A stretch of 64,000 nucleotides of DNA from Eledone cirrhosa. Lineage: Eukaryota. Shown here piece after piece: positions 30,001 through 45,000 of the stretch. Made by a program: the position numbers and the translations under genes. The stretch spans positions 3,410,001-3,474,000 of the forward strand of contig OZ024759.1 in NCBI GenBank assembly GCA_964016885.1, in the 5' to 3' direction. How positions within the stretch are numbered: the first letter of the stretch is position 1; each line of letters begins with the position of its first letter. The notes under the pieces are model-generated. The model was not told the origin of the DNA. It saw nothing but the letters and a program-made list of their open reading frames with translations, and did no database searches.

Positions 30001-33000
30001 GTCTGTGTCTACAGTGTCTGTGTGTCTACAATGTCTTTGTGTCTACAATGTCTGTGTGTCTACAGTGTCTGTGTCTACAGTGTCTGTGTGTCTACAGTGT
30101 CTGTGTCTACAGTGTCTGTGTGTCTACAGTGTCTGTGTGTCTACAGTGTCTGTGTCTACAGTGTCTGTGTCTACAGTGTCTGTGTGTCTACAGTGTCTGT
30201 GTGTCTACAATGTCTGTGTGTCTACAATGTCTGTGTGTCTACAATGTCTGTGTGTCTACAGTGTCTGTGTGTCTACAGTGTCTGTGTGTCTACAGTGTCT
30301 GTGTGTCTACAGTGACTGTGTATCTACAGTGTCTGTGTGTCTACAATGCCTGTGTCTCTACATTGTCTGTGTCTACAGTGTCTGTGTGTCTACAATGTCT
30401 GTGTGTCTACAGTGTCTGTGTGTCTACAGTGTCTGTGTGTCTACAATGTCTGTGTCTCTACATTGTCTGTGTCTCTACAGTGTCTGTGTCTACAGTGTCT
30501 GTGTGTCTACAATGTCTGTGTGTCTACAATGTCTGTGTGTCTACAATGTCTGTGTGTCTACAATGTCTGTGTGTCTACAATGTCTGTGTGTCTACAGTGT
30601 CTGTGTGTCTACAGTGTCTGTGTTTCTACAGTGTCTGTGTGTCTACAGTGTCTGTGTGTGTACAGTGTCTGTGTCTACTGTGTCTACAGTGTCTGTGTCT
30701 ACAGTGTCTGAGTCTACAATGTCTGTGTGTCTACAGTGTCTGTGTGTGTACAGTGTCCGTGTGTCTGTGTCTACAGTGTCTGTGTCTACAATACCTGTGT
30801 CTACAGTGTCTGTGTGTCTACAGTCTCTGAGTCTACAATGTCTGTGTGTCTACAATGCCTGTGTCTACAGTGTCCGTGTGTCTGTGTCTACAGTGTCTGT
30901 GAATACAATGCCTGTGTCTACAGTGTCTGTGTGTCTACAGTGTCTGTGTCTACAGTGTCTGTGTCTACAGTGTCTGAGTCTACAATGTCTGTGTGTCTAC
31001 AGTGTCTGTGTCTACAATGTCTGTGTCTACAGTGTCCGTGTGTCTGTCTACAGTGTCTGTGTGTCTACAGTGTCTGTGTCTACAGTGACTGTGTGTCTAC
31101 AGTGTCTGTGTGTCTACAATATGTGTCTACAGTGTCTGTGTCTACAGTGTCTGTGTGTATACACTGTCTGTCTGTCTACAGTGTTTGTGTATCTACAGTG
31201 TCTGTGTGTCTACAATGTATGTGTGTCTACAGTGTCTGTGTGTCTACGTCTGTGTGTCTACAGTGTCTGTGTGTCTACAGTGTATGTGTCTCTACATTGT
31301 CTGTGTGTCTACAGTGTCTGTGTCTACAGTGTCTGTGTGTCTACAGTGTCTGTGTGTCTACAGTGTCTGTGTGTCTACAGTGTCTGTGTGTCTACAGTGT
31401 CTGTGTCTACAGTGTCTGTCTGTCTACAGTGTCTGTGTCTACAGTGTCTGTGTGTCTACAATGTCTGTGTGTCTACAATGTCTGTGTGTCTACAGTGTCT
31501 GTGTCTACAGTGTCTGTGTGTCTACAGTGTCTGTGTCTACAGTGTCTGTGTGTCCACATTGTCTGTGTCTACAGTGTCTGTGTGTCTACAGTGTCTGTGT
31601 CTACAGTGTCTGTGTGTCTACAGTGTCTGTGTCTACAGTATCTGTGTGTCTACAGTGTCTGTGTGTCTACAATGTCTGTGTGTCTACAATGTCTGTGTGT
31701 CTACAATGTCTGTGTGTCTACAGTGTCTGTGTGTCTACAGTGTCTGTGTATCTACAGTGTCTGTGTGTCTACAGTGACTGTGTGTCTACAATGTCTGTGT
31801 GTCTACAATGTCTGTGTCTACAGTGTCTGTGTATCTACAGTGTCTGTGTGTCTACAATGCCTGTGTCTCTACATTGTCTGTGTCTACAGTGTCTGTGTGT
31901 CTACAATGTCTGTGTGTCTACAATGTCTGTGTCTCTACAGTGTCTGTGTGTCTACAATGTCTGTGTGTTTACAATGTCTGTGTCTACAGTGTCTGTGTGT
32001 CTACAGTGTCTGTGTGTCTACAATATCTGTGTGTCTACAATATCTGTGTGTCTACAGTGTCTGTATCTACAGTGTCTGTGTCTACAATGTCTGTGTGTCT
32101 AAGGTGTCTGTGTGTCTACAGTGTCTGTGTGTCTACAATGTCTGTGTGTCTACAGTGACTGTGTGTCTACAGTGTCTGTGTGTCTAAAATGTCTGTGTCT
32201 ACAGTTTCTGTGTGTCTACAGTGTCTGTGTGTCTACAATGTCTGTGTGTCTACAGTGTCTGTGTCTACAGTGTCTGTGTCTACAGTGTCTGTGTGTCTAA
32301 AATGTCTGTGTCTACAGTGACTGTGTGTCTACAGTGTCTACAATGTTTGTGTGTCTACAGTGTCTCTGTGTCTACAATGCCTGTGTCTACAGTGCCTGTG
32401 TCTACAATGACTGTGTGTCTACAGTGTCTGTGTGTCTACAGTGTCTGTGTCTACAGTGTCTGTGTGTCTACAGTGTCTGTGTGTCTACAGTGTCTGTGTG
32501 TCTACAGTGTCTGTGTGTCTACAGTGTCTCTGTGTCTACAATGCCTGTGTCTACAGTGCCTGTGTCTACAATGTCTGTGTGTCTACAGTGTCTGTGTCTA
32601 CAGTGTCTGTGTGTCTACAGTGTCTGTGTGTCTACAATGTCTGTGTGTCTACAATGTCTGTGTGTCTACAATGTCTGTGTGTCTACAATGTCTGTGTGTC
32701 TACAATGTCTGTGTGTCTACAGTGTCTGTGTGTCTACAGTGTCTGTGTGTCTACAGTGACTGTATATACAGTGTCTGTGTGTCTACAGTGTCTGTGTGTC
32801 TACAATGTCTGTGTCTACAGTGTCTGTGTGTCTAAAATGTCTGTGTCTACAGTTACTGTGTGTCTACAGTGTCTGTGTGTCTACAATGTCTGTGTGTCTA
32901 CAGTGTCTGTGTGTCTACAGTGTCTGTGTGTCTACAGTGACTGTGTGTCTACAATGTCTGTGTGTCTACAATGTCTGAGTGTCTACAATGTCTGTGTGTC

Positions 33001-36000
33001 TACAATGTCTGTGTGTCTACAGTGCCTGTGTCTACAGTGCCTGTGTCTACAATGTCTGTGTGTCTACAGTGTCTGTGCCTACAATGCCTGTGTCTACAAT
33101 GCCTGTGTCTACAGTGTCTGTGTGTCTACAGTGTCTGTGTCTACAGTGTCTGAGTCTACAATGTCTGTGTGTCTACAGTGTCTGTGTCTACAGTGTCCGT
33201 GTGTCTGTCTACATTGTCCGTGTGTCTACAGTGTCTGTGTCTACAGTGTCTGTGTGTCTACAGTGTCTGTGTCTACAGTGTCTGTGTGTCTACGTCTGTG
33301 TGTCTACACTGTCTGTCTGTCTACAGTGTTTGTGTGTCTACAGTGTCTGTGTGTCTACAATGTCTGTGTCTACAGTGTTTGTGTGTCTACAGTGTCTGTG
33401 TGTCTACAGTGTCTGTGCCTACAGTGTCTGGGTGTCTACAATGTCTGTGTGTCTACAGTGTCTGTGTGTCTACAGTGTATGTGTCTACAGTGACTGTGTG
33501 TCTACAGTGTCTGTGTGTCTACAATGTTTGTGTGTCTACAGTGTCTCTGTGTCTACAATGCCTGTGTCTACAGTGCCTGTGTCAACAGTGCCTGTGTCTA
33601 CAATGTCTGTGTGTCTACAGTGTCTGTGTGTCTACAGTGTCTGTGTTTCTACAGTGTCTGTGTGTCTACAGTGACTGTATATACAGTGTCTGTGTGTCTA
33701 CAGTGTCTGTGTGTCTACAGTGTCTACAGTGTCTGTGTGTCTACAATATATGTGTCTACAGTGTCTGTGTGTCTAAAATGTCTGTGTCTACAGTGACTGT
33801 GTGTCTACAGTGTCTGTGTGTCTACAATGTCTGTGTGTCTACAGTGTCTGTGTGTCTACAGTGTCTCTGTGTCTACAATGCCTGTGTCTACAGTGCCTGT
33901 GTCTACAATGTCTGTGTGTCTACAGTGTCTGTGTGTCTACAGTGTCTATGTCTACAGTGTCTGTGTGTCTACAGTGTCTGTGTCTACAGTGTCTGTGTGT
34001 CTACAGTGTCTGTGTGTCTACAGTGTCTGTGTGTCTACAGTGTCTATGTCTACAGTGTCTGTGTGTCTACAGTGACTGTATATACAGTGTCTGTGTGTCT
34101 ACAGTGTTTGTGTGTCTACAGTGTTTGTGTGTCTACAGTGTCTGTTTGTCTACAATGCCTGTGTCTACAGTGTATGTGTGTCTACAGTGTCTGTGTCTAC
34201 TGTGTCTACAGTGTCTGAGTCTACAATGTCTGTGTGTCTACAGTGTCTGTGTGTGTACAGTGTCTGTGTCTACAGTGTCTGAGTCTACAATGCCTGTGTG
34301 TCTACAATGCCTGTGTCTACATTGTCCGTGTGTCTGTGTCTACAATACCTGTGTCTAGAGTGTCTGTGTGTCTACAGTGTCTGAGTCTACAATGTCTGTG
34401 TGTCTACAATGCCTGTGTCTACAGTGTCCGTGTGTCTGTGTCTGCAGTGTCTGTGACTACAAAGCCTGTGTCTACAGTGTCTGTGTGTCTACAGTGTCTG
34501 TGTCTACAGTGTCTGTGTCTACAGTGTCTGAGTCAACAATGTCTGTGTGTCTACAGTGTCTGTGTCTACAGTGTCTGTGTGTCTACAGTGTCTGTGTGTC
34601 TACAATGTCTGTGTGTCTACAGTGTCTGTGTGTCTACAGTGTCTGTGTGTCTACAGTGTATGTGTCTACAGTGACTGTGTGTCTACAGTGTCTGTGTGTC
34701 TACAATGTTTGTGTGTCTACAGTGTCTCTGTGTCTACAATGCCTGTGTCTACAGTGCCTGTGTCTACAATGAATGTGTGTCTACAGTGTCTGTGTGTCTA
34801 CAGTGTCTGTGTCTACAGTGTCTGTGTGTCTACAGTGTCTGTGTGTCTACAGTGTCTGTGTGTCTACAATGTCTGTGTGTCTACAGTGTCTGTGTGTCTA
34901 CAGTGTCTCTGTGTCTACAATGCCTGTGTCTACAGTGCCTGTGTCTACAATGTCTGTGTGTCTACAGTGTCTGTGTCTACAGTGTCTGTGTGTCTACAGT
35001 GTCTGTGTGTCTACAATGTCTGTGTGTCTACAATGTCTGTGTGTCTACAATGTCTGTGTGTCTACAATGTCTGTGTGTCTACAATGTCTGTGTGTCTACA
35101 GTGTCTGTGTGTCTACAGTGTCTGTGTGTCTACAGTGTCTGTGTGTCTACAGTGTCTGTGTGTCTACAGTGACTGTATATACAGTGTCTGTGTGTCTACA
35201 GTGTCTGTGTGTCTACAGTGTCTGTGTGTCTACAATGTCTGTGTCTACAGTGTCTGTGTGTCTAAAATGTCTGTGTCTACAGTTACTGTGTGTCTACAGT
35301 GTCTGTGTGTCTACAATGTCTGTGTGTCTACAGTGTCTGTGTGTCTACAGTGTCTGTGTGTCTACAGTGTCTGTGTGTCTACAGTGACTGTGTGTCTACA
35401 ATGTCTGTGTGTCTACAATGTCTGAGTGTCTACAATGTCTGTGTGTCTACAATGTCTGTGTGTCTACAGTGCCTGTGTCTACAGTGCCTGTGTCTACAAT
35501 GTCTGTGTGTCTACAGTGTCTGTGCCTACAATGCCTGTGTCTACAATGCCTGTGTCTACAGTGTCTGTGTGTCTACAGTGTCTGTGTCTACAGTGTCTGA
35601 GTCTACAATGTCTGTGTGTCTACAGTGTCTGTGTCTACAGTGTCCGTGTGTCTGTCTACATTGTCCGTGTGTCTACAGTGTCTGTGTCTACAGTGTCTGT
35701 GTGTCTACGTCTGTGTGTCTACACTGTCTGTCTGTCTACAGTGTTTGTGTGTCTACAGTGTCTGTGTGTCTACAATGTCTGTGTCTACAGTGTTTGTGTG
35801 TCTACAGTGTCTGTGTGTCTACAGTGTCTGTGCCTACAGTGTCTGTGTGTCTACAGTGTATGTGTCTACAGTGACTGTGTGTCTACAGTGTCTGTGTGTC
35901 TACAATGTTTGTGTGTCTACAGTGTCTCTGTGTCTACAATGCCTGTGTCTACAGTGCCTGTGTCAACAGTGCCTGTGTCTACAATGTCTGTGTGTCTACA

Positions 36001-39000
36001 GTGTCTGTGTGTCTACAGTGTCTGTGTGTCTACAGTGTCTGTGTGTCTACAGTGTCTGTGTTTCTACAGTGTCTGTGTGTCTACAGTGACTGTATATACA
36101 GTGTCTGTGTGTCTACAGTGTCTGTGTGTCTACAGTGTCTACAGTGTCTGTGTGTCTACAATATATGTGTCTACAGTGTCTGTGTGTCTAAAATGTCTGT
36201 GTCTACAGTGACTGTGTGTCTACAGTGTCTGTGTGTCTACAATGTCTGTGTGTCTACAGTGTCTGTGTGTCTACAGTGTCTCTGTGTCTACAATGCCTGT
36301 GTCTACAGTGCCTGTGTCTACAATGTCTGTGTGTCTACAGTGTCTGTGTGTCTACAGTGTCTATGTCTACAGTGTCTGTGTGTCTACAGTGTCTGTGTCT
36401 ACAGTGTCTGTGTGTCTACAGTGTCTGTGTGTCTACAGTGTCTATGTCTACAGTGTCTGTGTGTCTACAGTGTCTATGTCTACAGTGTCTGTGTGTCTAC
36501 AGTGACTGTATATACAGTGTCTGTGTGTCTACAGTGTTTGTGTGTCTACAGTGTTTGTGTGTCTACAGTGTCTGTTTGTCTACAATGCCTGTGTCTACAG
36601 TGTATGTGTGTCTACAGTGTCTGTGTCTACTGTGTCTACAGTGTCTGAGTCTACAATGTCTGTGTGTCTACAGTGTCTGTGTGTGTACAGTGTCTGTGTC
36701 TACAGTGTCTGAGTCTACAATGCCTGTGTGTCTACAATGCCTGTGTCTACAGTGTCCGTGTGTCTGTGTCTACAGTGTCTGTGTCTACAATACCTGTGTC
36801 TAGAGTGTCTGTGTGTCTACAGTGTCTGAGTCTACAATGTCTGTGCGTCTACAATGCCTGTGTCTACAGTGTCCGTGTGTCTGTGTCTACAGTGTCTGTG
36901 ACTACAAAGCCTGTGTCTACAGTGTCTGTGTGTCTACAGTGTCTGTGTCTACAGTGTCTGTGTCTACAGTGTCTGAGTCTACAATGTCTGTGTGTCTACA
37001 GTGTCTGTGTCTACAGTGTCTGTGTGTCTACAGTGTCTGTGTGTCTACAATGTCTGTGTGTCTACAGTGTCTGTGTGTCTACAGTGTCTGTGTGTCTACA
37101 GTGTATGTGTCTACAGTGACTGTGTGTCTACAGTGTCTGTGTGTCTACAATGTTTGTGTGTCTACAGTGTCTCTGTGTCTACAATGCCTGTGTCTACAGT
37201 GCCTGTGTCAACAGTGCCTGTGTCTACAATGTCTGTGTGTCTACAGTGTCTGTGTGTCTACAGTGTCTGTGTGTCTACAGTGTCTGTGTGTCTACAATGT
37301 CTGTGTGTCTACAATGTCTGTGTGTCTACAGTGTCTGTGTCTACAGTGTCTGTGTGTCTACAGTGTCTGTGTCTACAGTGTCTGTGTGTCTACAGTGTCT
37401 GTGTGTCTACAGTGTCTGTGTGTCTACAGTGTCTGTGTCTACAGTGTCTGTGTGTCTACAGTGTCTGTGTCTACAGTGTCTGTGTGTCTACAGTGTCTGT
37501 GTGTCTACAATGTCTGTGTGTCTACAATGTCTGTGTGTCTACAATGTCTGTGTGTCTACAGTGTCTGTGTGTCTACAGTGTCTGTGTGTCTACAGTGTCT
37601 GTGTGTCTACAGTGACTGTGTATCTACAGTGTCTGTGTGTCTACAATGCCTGTGTCTACAGTGTCTGTGTGTCTACAATGTCTGTGTGTCTACAGTGTCT
37701 GTGTGTCTACAGTGTCTGTGTGTCTACAATGTCTGTGTCTCTACATTGTCTGTGTCTCTACAGTGTCTGTGTCTACAGTGTCTGTGTGTCTACAATGTCT
37801 GTGTGTCTACAATGTCTGTGTGTCTACAATGTCTGTGTGTCTACAATGTCTGTGTGTCTACAGTGTCTGTGTGTCTACAGTGTCTGTGTGTCTACAGTGT
37901 CTGTGTTTCTACAGTCTCTGTGTGTCTACAGTGTCTGTGTGTGTACAGTGTCTGTGTCTACTGTGTCTACAGTGTCTGTGTCTACAGTGTCTGAGTCTAC
38001 AATGTTTGTGTGTCTACAGTGTCTGTGTGTGTACAGTGTCTGTGTCTACAGTGTCTGAGTCTACAATGTCTGTGTGTCTACAATGCCTGTGTCTACAGTG
38101 TCCGTGTGTCTGTGTCTACAGTGTCTGTGTCTACAATACCTGTGTCTACAGTGTCTGTGTGTCTACAGTCTCTGAGTCTACAATGTCTGTGTGTCTACAA
38201 TGCCTGTGTCTACAGTGTCCGTGTGTCTGTGTCTACAGTGTCTGTGAATACAATGCCTGTGTCTACAGTGTCTGTGTGTCTACAGTGTCTGTGTCTACAG
38301 TGTCTGAGTCTACAATGTCTGTGTGTCTACAGTGTCTGTGTCTACAGTGTCCGTGTGTCTGTCTACAGTGTCTGTGTGTCTACAGTGTCTGTGTCTACAG
38401 TGACTGTGTGTCTACAGTGTCTGTGTGTCTACAATATGTGTCTACAGTGTCTGTGTCTACAGTGTCTGTGTGTCTACACTGTCTGTCTGTCTACAGTGTT
38501 TGTGTATCTACAGTGTCTGTGTGTCTACAATGTATGTGTGTCTACAGTGTCTGTGTGTCTACGTCTGTGTGTCTACAGTGTCTGTGTGTCTACAGTGTCT
38601 GTGTGTCTACAGTGTCTGTGTCTCTACATTGTCTGTGTGTCTACAGTGTCTGTGTCTACAGTGTCTGTGTGTCTACAGTGTCTGTGTGTCTACAGTGTCT
38701 GTGTGTCTACAGTGTCTGTGTCTACAGTGTCTGTCTGTCTACAGTGTCTGTGTCTACAGTGTCTGTGTGTCTACAATGTCTGTGTGTCTACAATGTCTGT
38801 GTGTCTACAATGTCTGTGTGTCTACAGTGTCTGTGTCTACAGTGTCTGTGTGTCTACAGTGTCTGTGTGTCCACAGTGTCTGTGTCTACAGTGTCTGTGT
38901 GTCTACAGTGTCTGTGTCTACAGTGTCTGTGTGTCTACAGTGTCTGTCTACAGTGTCTGTGTGTCTACAGTGTCTGCAATGTCTGTGTGTCTACAATGTC

Positions 39001-42000
39001 TGTGTGTCTACAATGTCTGTGTGTCTACAGTGTCTGTGTGTCTACAGTGTCTGTGTATCTACAGTGTCTGTGTATCTACAGTGTCTGTGTGTCTACAGTG
39101 ACTGTGTGTCTACAATGTCTGTGTGTCTACAGTGTCTGTGTATCTAGAGTGTCTGTGTGTCTACAATGCCTGTGTCTCTACATTGTCTGTGTCTACAGTG
39201 TCTGTGTGTCTACAATGTCTGTGTGTCTACAATGTCTGTGTCTCTACAGTGTCTGTGTGTCTACAATGTCTGTGTGTTTACAATGTCTGTGTCTACAGTG
39301 TCTGTGTGTCTACAGTGTCTGTGTGTCTACAATATCTGTGTGTCTACAATATCTGTGTGTCTACAGTGTCTGTATCTACAGTGTCTGTGTCTCTACAGTG
39401 TCTGTGTCTACAATGTCTGTGTGTCTAAGGTGTCTGTGTGTCTACAGTGTCTGTGTGTCTACAATGTCTGTGTGTCTACAGTGACTGTGTGTCTACAGTG
39501 TCTGTGTGTCTAAAATGTCTGTGTCTACAGTTTCTGTGTGTCTACAGTGTCTGTGTGTCTACAATGTCTGTGTGTCTACAGTGTCTGTGTCTACAGTGTC
39601 TGTGTCTACAGTGTCTGTGTGTCTAAAATGTCTGTGTCTACAGTGACTGTGTGTCTAGTGTCTGTGTGTCTACAATGTTTGTGTGTCTACAGTGTCTCTG
39701 TGTCTACAATGCCTGTGTCTACAGTGCCTGTGTCTACAATGACTGTGTGTCTACAGTGTCTGTGTGTCTACAGTGTCTGTGTCTACAGTGTCTGTGTGTC
39801 TACAGTGTCTGTGTGTCTACAGTGTCTGTGTGTCTACAATGTCTGTGTGTCTACAGTGTCTGTGTGTCTACAGTGTCTCTGTGTCTACAATGCCTGTGTC
39901 TACAGTGCCTGTGTCTACAATGTCTGTGTGTCTACAGTGTCTGTGTCTACAGTGTCTGTGTGTCTACAGTGTCTGTGTGTCTACAATGTCTGTGTGTCTA
40001 CAATGTCTGTGTGTCTACAATGTCTGTGTGTCTACAATGTCTGTGTGTCTACAATGTCTGTGTGTCTACAGTGTCTGTGTGTCTACAGTGTCTGTGTGTC
40101 TACAGTGTCTGTGTGTCTACAGTGACTGTATATACAGTGTCTGTGTGTCTACAGTGTCTGTGTGTCTACAGTGTCTGTGTGTCTACAGTGTCTGTGTGTC
40201 TACAATGTCTGTGTCTACAGTGTCTGTGTGTCTAAAATGTCTGTGTCTACAGTTACTGTGTGTCTACAGTGTCTGTGTGTCTACAGTGTCTGTGTGTCTA
40301 CAGTGTCTGTGTGTCTACAGTGACTGTGTGTCTACAATGTCTGTGTGTCTACAATGTCTGAGTGTCTACAATGTCTGTGTGTCTACAATGTCTGTGTGTC
40401 TACAGTGCCTGTGTCTACAGTGCCTGTGTCTACAATGTCTGTGTGTCTACAGTGTCTGTGCCTACAATGCCTGTGTCTACAATGCCTGTGTCTACAGTGT
40501 CTGTGTGTCTACAGTGTCTGTGTCTACAGTGTCTGAGTCTACAATGTCTGTGTGTCTACAGTGTCTGTGTCTACAGTGTCCGTGTGTCTGTCTACATTGT
40601 CCGTGTGTCTACAGTGTCTGTGTCTACAGTGTCTGTGTGTCTACAGTGTCTGTGTGCCTACGTCTGTGTGTCTACACTGTCTGTCTGTCTACAGTGTTTG
40701 TGTGTCTACAGTGTCTGTGTGTCTACAATGTCTGTGTCTACAGTGTTTGTGTGTCTACAGTGTCTGTGTGTCTACAGTGTCTGTGCCTACAGTGTCTGGG
40801 TGTCTACAATGTCTGTGTGTCTACAGTGTCTGTGTGTCTACAGTGTCTGTGTGTCTACAGTGTCTGTGTGTTTACAGTGTCTGTGTGTCTACAGTGTCTG
40901 TGTGTCTACAGTGTCTGTGTCTACAGTGTCTGTGTGTCTACAGTGTCTGTGTGTCTACAAGATGTGTCTACAGTGTCTGTGTCTACAGTGTCTGTGTGTC
41001 TACACTGTCTGTCTACAGTGTTTGTGTGTCTACAGTGTCTGTGTGTTTACAGTGTCTGTGTGTCGACAGTGTCTGTGTCTACAGTGTCTGTGTGTCTACA
41101 GTGTCTGTGTGTCTACAAGATGTGTCTACAGTGTCTGTGTCTACAGTGTCTGTGTGTCTACAGTGTCTGTGTGTCTACAGTGTCTGTGTCTACAGTGTCT
41201 GTGTGTCTACAGTGTCTGTGTCTACAGTGTCTGTGTGTCTACAATGTCTGTGTGTCTACAATGTCTGTGTGTCTACAGTGTCTACAGTGTCTGTGTGTCT
41301 ACAGTGACTGTGTGTCTACAATGTCTGTGTGTCTACAATGTCTGTGTGTCTACAGTGTCTGTGTCTACAGTGTCTGTGTGTCTACAGTGTCTGTGTGTCT
41401 ACAATGTCTGTGTGTCTACAATGTCTGTGTCTACAGTGTCTGTGTATCTACAGTGTCTGTGTGTCTACAGTGACTGTGTGTCTACAATGTCTGTGTGTCT
41501 ACAATGCCTGTGTCTCTACATTGTCTGTGTCTACAGTGTCTGTGTGTCTACTATGTCTGTGTGTCTACAGTGTCTGTGTGTCTACAGTGTCTGTGTGTCT
41601 ACAATGTCTGTGTCTCTACAGTGTCTGTGTCTACAGTGTCTGTGTGTCTACAATGTCTGTGTGTTTACAATGTCTGTGTCTACAGTGTCTGTGTGTCTAC
41701 AGTGTCTGTGTGTCTACAATATCTGTGTGTCTACAGTGTCTGTATCTACATTGTCTGTATCTACACTGTCTGTGTCTCTACAGTGTCTGTGTCTACAATG
41801 TCTGTGTGTCTACAGTGTCTGTGTGTCTAAAATGTCTGTGTCTACAGTTTCTGTGTGTCTACAGTGTCTGTGTGTCTACAATGTCTGTGTGTCTACAGTG
41901 TCTGTGTCTACAGTGTCTGTGTGTCTAAAATGTCTACAGTGACTATGTGTCTACAGTGTCTGTGTGTCTACAATGTTTGTGTGTCTACAATGTCTGTGTG

Positions 42001-45000
42001 TCTACAGTGTCTGTGTTTCTACAGTGTCTGTGTGTCTACAGTGACTGTATATACAGTGTCTGTGTGTCTACAGTGTCTGTGTGTCTACAGTGTCTGTGTG
42101 TCTAGAATGCCTGTGTCTACAGTGTCTGTGTCTACTGTGTCTACAGTGTCTGTGTCTACAGTGTCTGTGTCTACTGTGTCTACAGTGTCTGTGTCTACAG
42201 TGTCTGAGTCTACAATGTCTGTGTGTCTACAGTGTCTGTGTGTGTACAGTGTCTGTGTCTACAGTGTCTGTGTCTACAGTGTCTGAGTCTACAATGTCTG
42301 TGTGTCCGTGTGTCTGTGTCTACAGTGTCTGTGTCTACAGTGCCTGTGTCTACAGTGTCTGTGTCTACAGTGTCTGAGTCTACAATTTCTGTGTGTCTAC
42401 AGTGTCTGTGTCTACAATGTCTGTGTCTACAGTGTCCGTGTGTCTGTCTACAGAGTCTGTGTGTCTACAGTGTCTGTGTCTACAGTGACTGTGTGTCTAC
42501 AGTGTCTGTGTGTCTACAATATGTGTCCACAGTGTCCGTGTGTCTGTCTACAGTGTCTGTGTGTCTACAGTGTCTGTGTCTACAGTGTCTGTGTGTCTAC
42601 GTCTGTGTGTCTACAGTGTTTGTGTGTCTACAGTGTCTGTGTGTCTACAGTGTCTGTGTGTCTACAATGTCTGTGTCTACAGTGTTTGTGTGTCTACAGT
42701 GTCTGTGTGTCTATAGTGTCTGTGCCTACAGTGTCTGGGTGTCTACAATGTCTGTGTGTCTACAGTGTCTGTGTGTCTACAGTGTCTGTGTGTCTACAGT
42801 GTCTGTGTGTTTACAGTGTCTGTGTGTCTACAGTGTCTGTGTGTCTACAGTGTCTGTGTGTCTACAGTGTCTGTGTGTCTACAGTGTCTGTGTGTCCACA
42901 ATGTCTGTGTGTCTACAATGTCTGTGTGTCTACAATGTCTGTGTGTCTACAGTGTCTGTATCTACATTGTCTGTATCTACAGTGTCTGTGTGTCTACAGT
43001 GTCTGTGTGTCTACAGTGTCTGTGTGTCTACAGTTTCTGTGTCTACAATGTCTGTGTGTCTACAGTGACTGTGTGTCTACAGTGTCTGTGTGTCTAAAAT
43101 GTCTGTGTCTACAGTTTCTGTGTGTCTACAGTGTCTGTGTGTCTACAATGTCTGTGTGTCTACAGTGTCTGAGTCTACAATGTATGTGTGTCTACAGTGT
43201 CTGTGCCTACAATGCCTGTTTCTACAGTGTCTGTGTGTCTACAGTGTCTGAGTCTACAATGTCTGTGTGTCTACAGTGTCTGTGTGTCTACAGTGTCTGT
43301 GTCTATAGTGTCCGTGTGTCTGTCTACAGTGTCTGTGTGTCTACAGTGTCTGTGTCGACAGTGACTGTGTGTCTACAGTGTCTGTGTGTCTACAATATGT
43401 GTCCACAGTGTCCGTCTGTCTGTCTACAGTGTCTGTGTGTCTACAGTGTCTGTGTGTCTACGTCTGTGTGTCTACACTGTCTGTCTGTCTCCAGTGTTTG
43501 TGTGTCTACAGTATCTGTGTGTCTACAATGTCTGTGTCTACAGTGTCTGTGTGTCTACAGTGTCTGTGCCTACAGTGTCTGGGTGTCTACAATGTCTGTG
43601 TGTCTACAGTGTCTGTGTGTCTACAGTGTCTGTGTGTCTACAGTGTCTGTGTGTCTACAGTGTCTGTGTGTTTACAGTGTCTGTGTGTCTACAGTGTCTG
43701 TGTCTACAGTGTCTGTGTGTCTACAGTGTCTGTGTGTCTACAGTGTCTGTGTCTACAGTGTCTGTGTGTCTGTGTCTACAGTGTCTGTGTGTCTACAGTG
43801 TCTGTGTGTCTACAGTGTCTGTGTGTCTACAGTGTCTGTGTCTAAAGTGTCTGTGTGTCTACAGTTTCTGTGTCTACAATGTCTGTGTGTCTACAGTGAC
43901 TGTGTGTCTACAGTGTCTGTGTGTCTAAAATGTCTGTCTACAGTTTCTGTGTGTCTACAGTGTGTGTGTGTCTACAATGTCTGTGTGTCTACAGTGTCTG
44001 ATTCTACAATGTATGTGTGTCTACAGTGTCTGTGCCTACAATGCCTGTGTCTACAGTGTCTGTGTGTCTACAGTGTCTGTGTCTACAGTGTCTGAGTCTA
44101 CAATGTCTGTGTGTCTACAGTGTCTGTGTCTACAATGTCTGTGTCTATAGTGTCCGTGTGTCTGTCTACAGTGTCTGTGTGTCTACAGTGTCTGTGTCTA
44201 CAGTGACTGTGTGTCTACAGTGTCTGTGTGTCTACAATATGTGTCCACAGTGTCCGTGTGTCTGTCTACAGTGTCTGTGTGTCTACATTGTCTGTGTCTA
44301 CGTCTGTGTGTCTACACTGTCTGTCTGTCTACAGTGTTTGTGTGTCTACAGTGTCTGTGTGTCTACAATGTCTGTGTCTACAGTGTTTGTGTGTCTACAG
44401 TGTCTGTGTGTCTACAGTGTCTGTGTGCCTACAGTGTCTGGGTGTCTACAATGTCTGTGTGTCTACAGTGTCTGTGTGTCTACAGTGTCTGTGTGTCTAC
44501 AGTGTCTGTGTTTACAGTGTCTGTGTGTCTACAGTGTCTGTGTGTCTACAGTGTCTGTGTCTACAGTGTCTGTGTGTCTACAGTGTCTGTGTCTACAGTG
44601 TCTGTGTGTCTACAGTGTCTGTGTGTCTACAGTGTCTGTGTGTCTACAGTGTCTGTGTGTCCACAATGTCTGTGTGTCTACAATGTCTGTGTGTCTACAA
44701 TGTCTGTGTGTCTACAGTGTCTGTATCTACATTGTCTGTATCTACAGTGTCTGTGTGTCTACAGTGTCTGTGTGTCTACAGTGTCTGTGTCTAAAGTGTC
44801 TGTGTGTCTACAGTTTCTGTGTCTACAATGTCTGTGTGTCTACAGTGACTGTGTGTCTACAGTGTCTGTGTGTCTAAAATGTCTGTGTCTACAGTTTCTG
44901 TGTGTCTACAGTGTCTGTGTGTCTACAATGTCTGTGTGTCTACAATGTCTGTGTGTCTACAGTGTCTCTGTGTCTACAATGCCTGTGTCTACAGTGTCTG

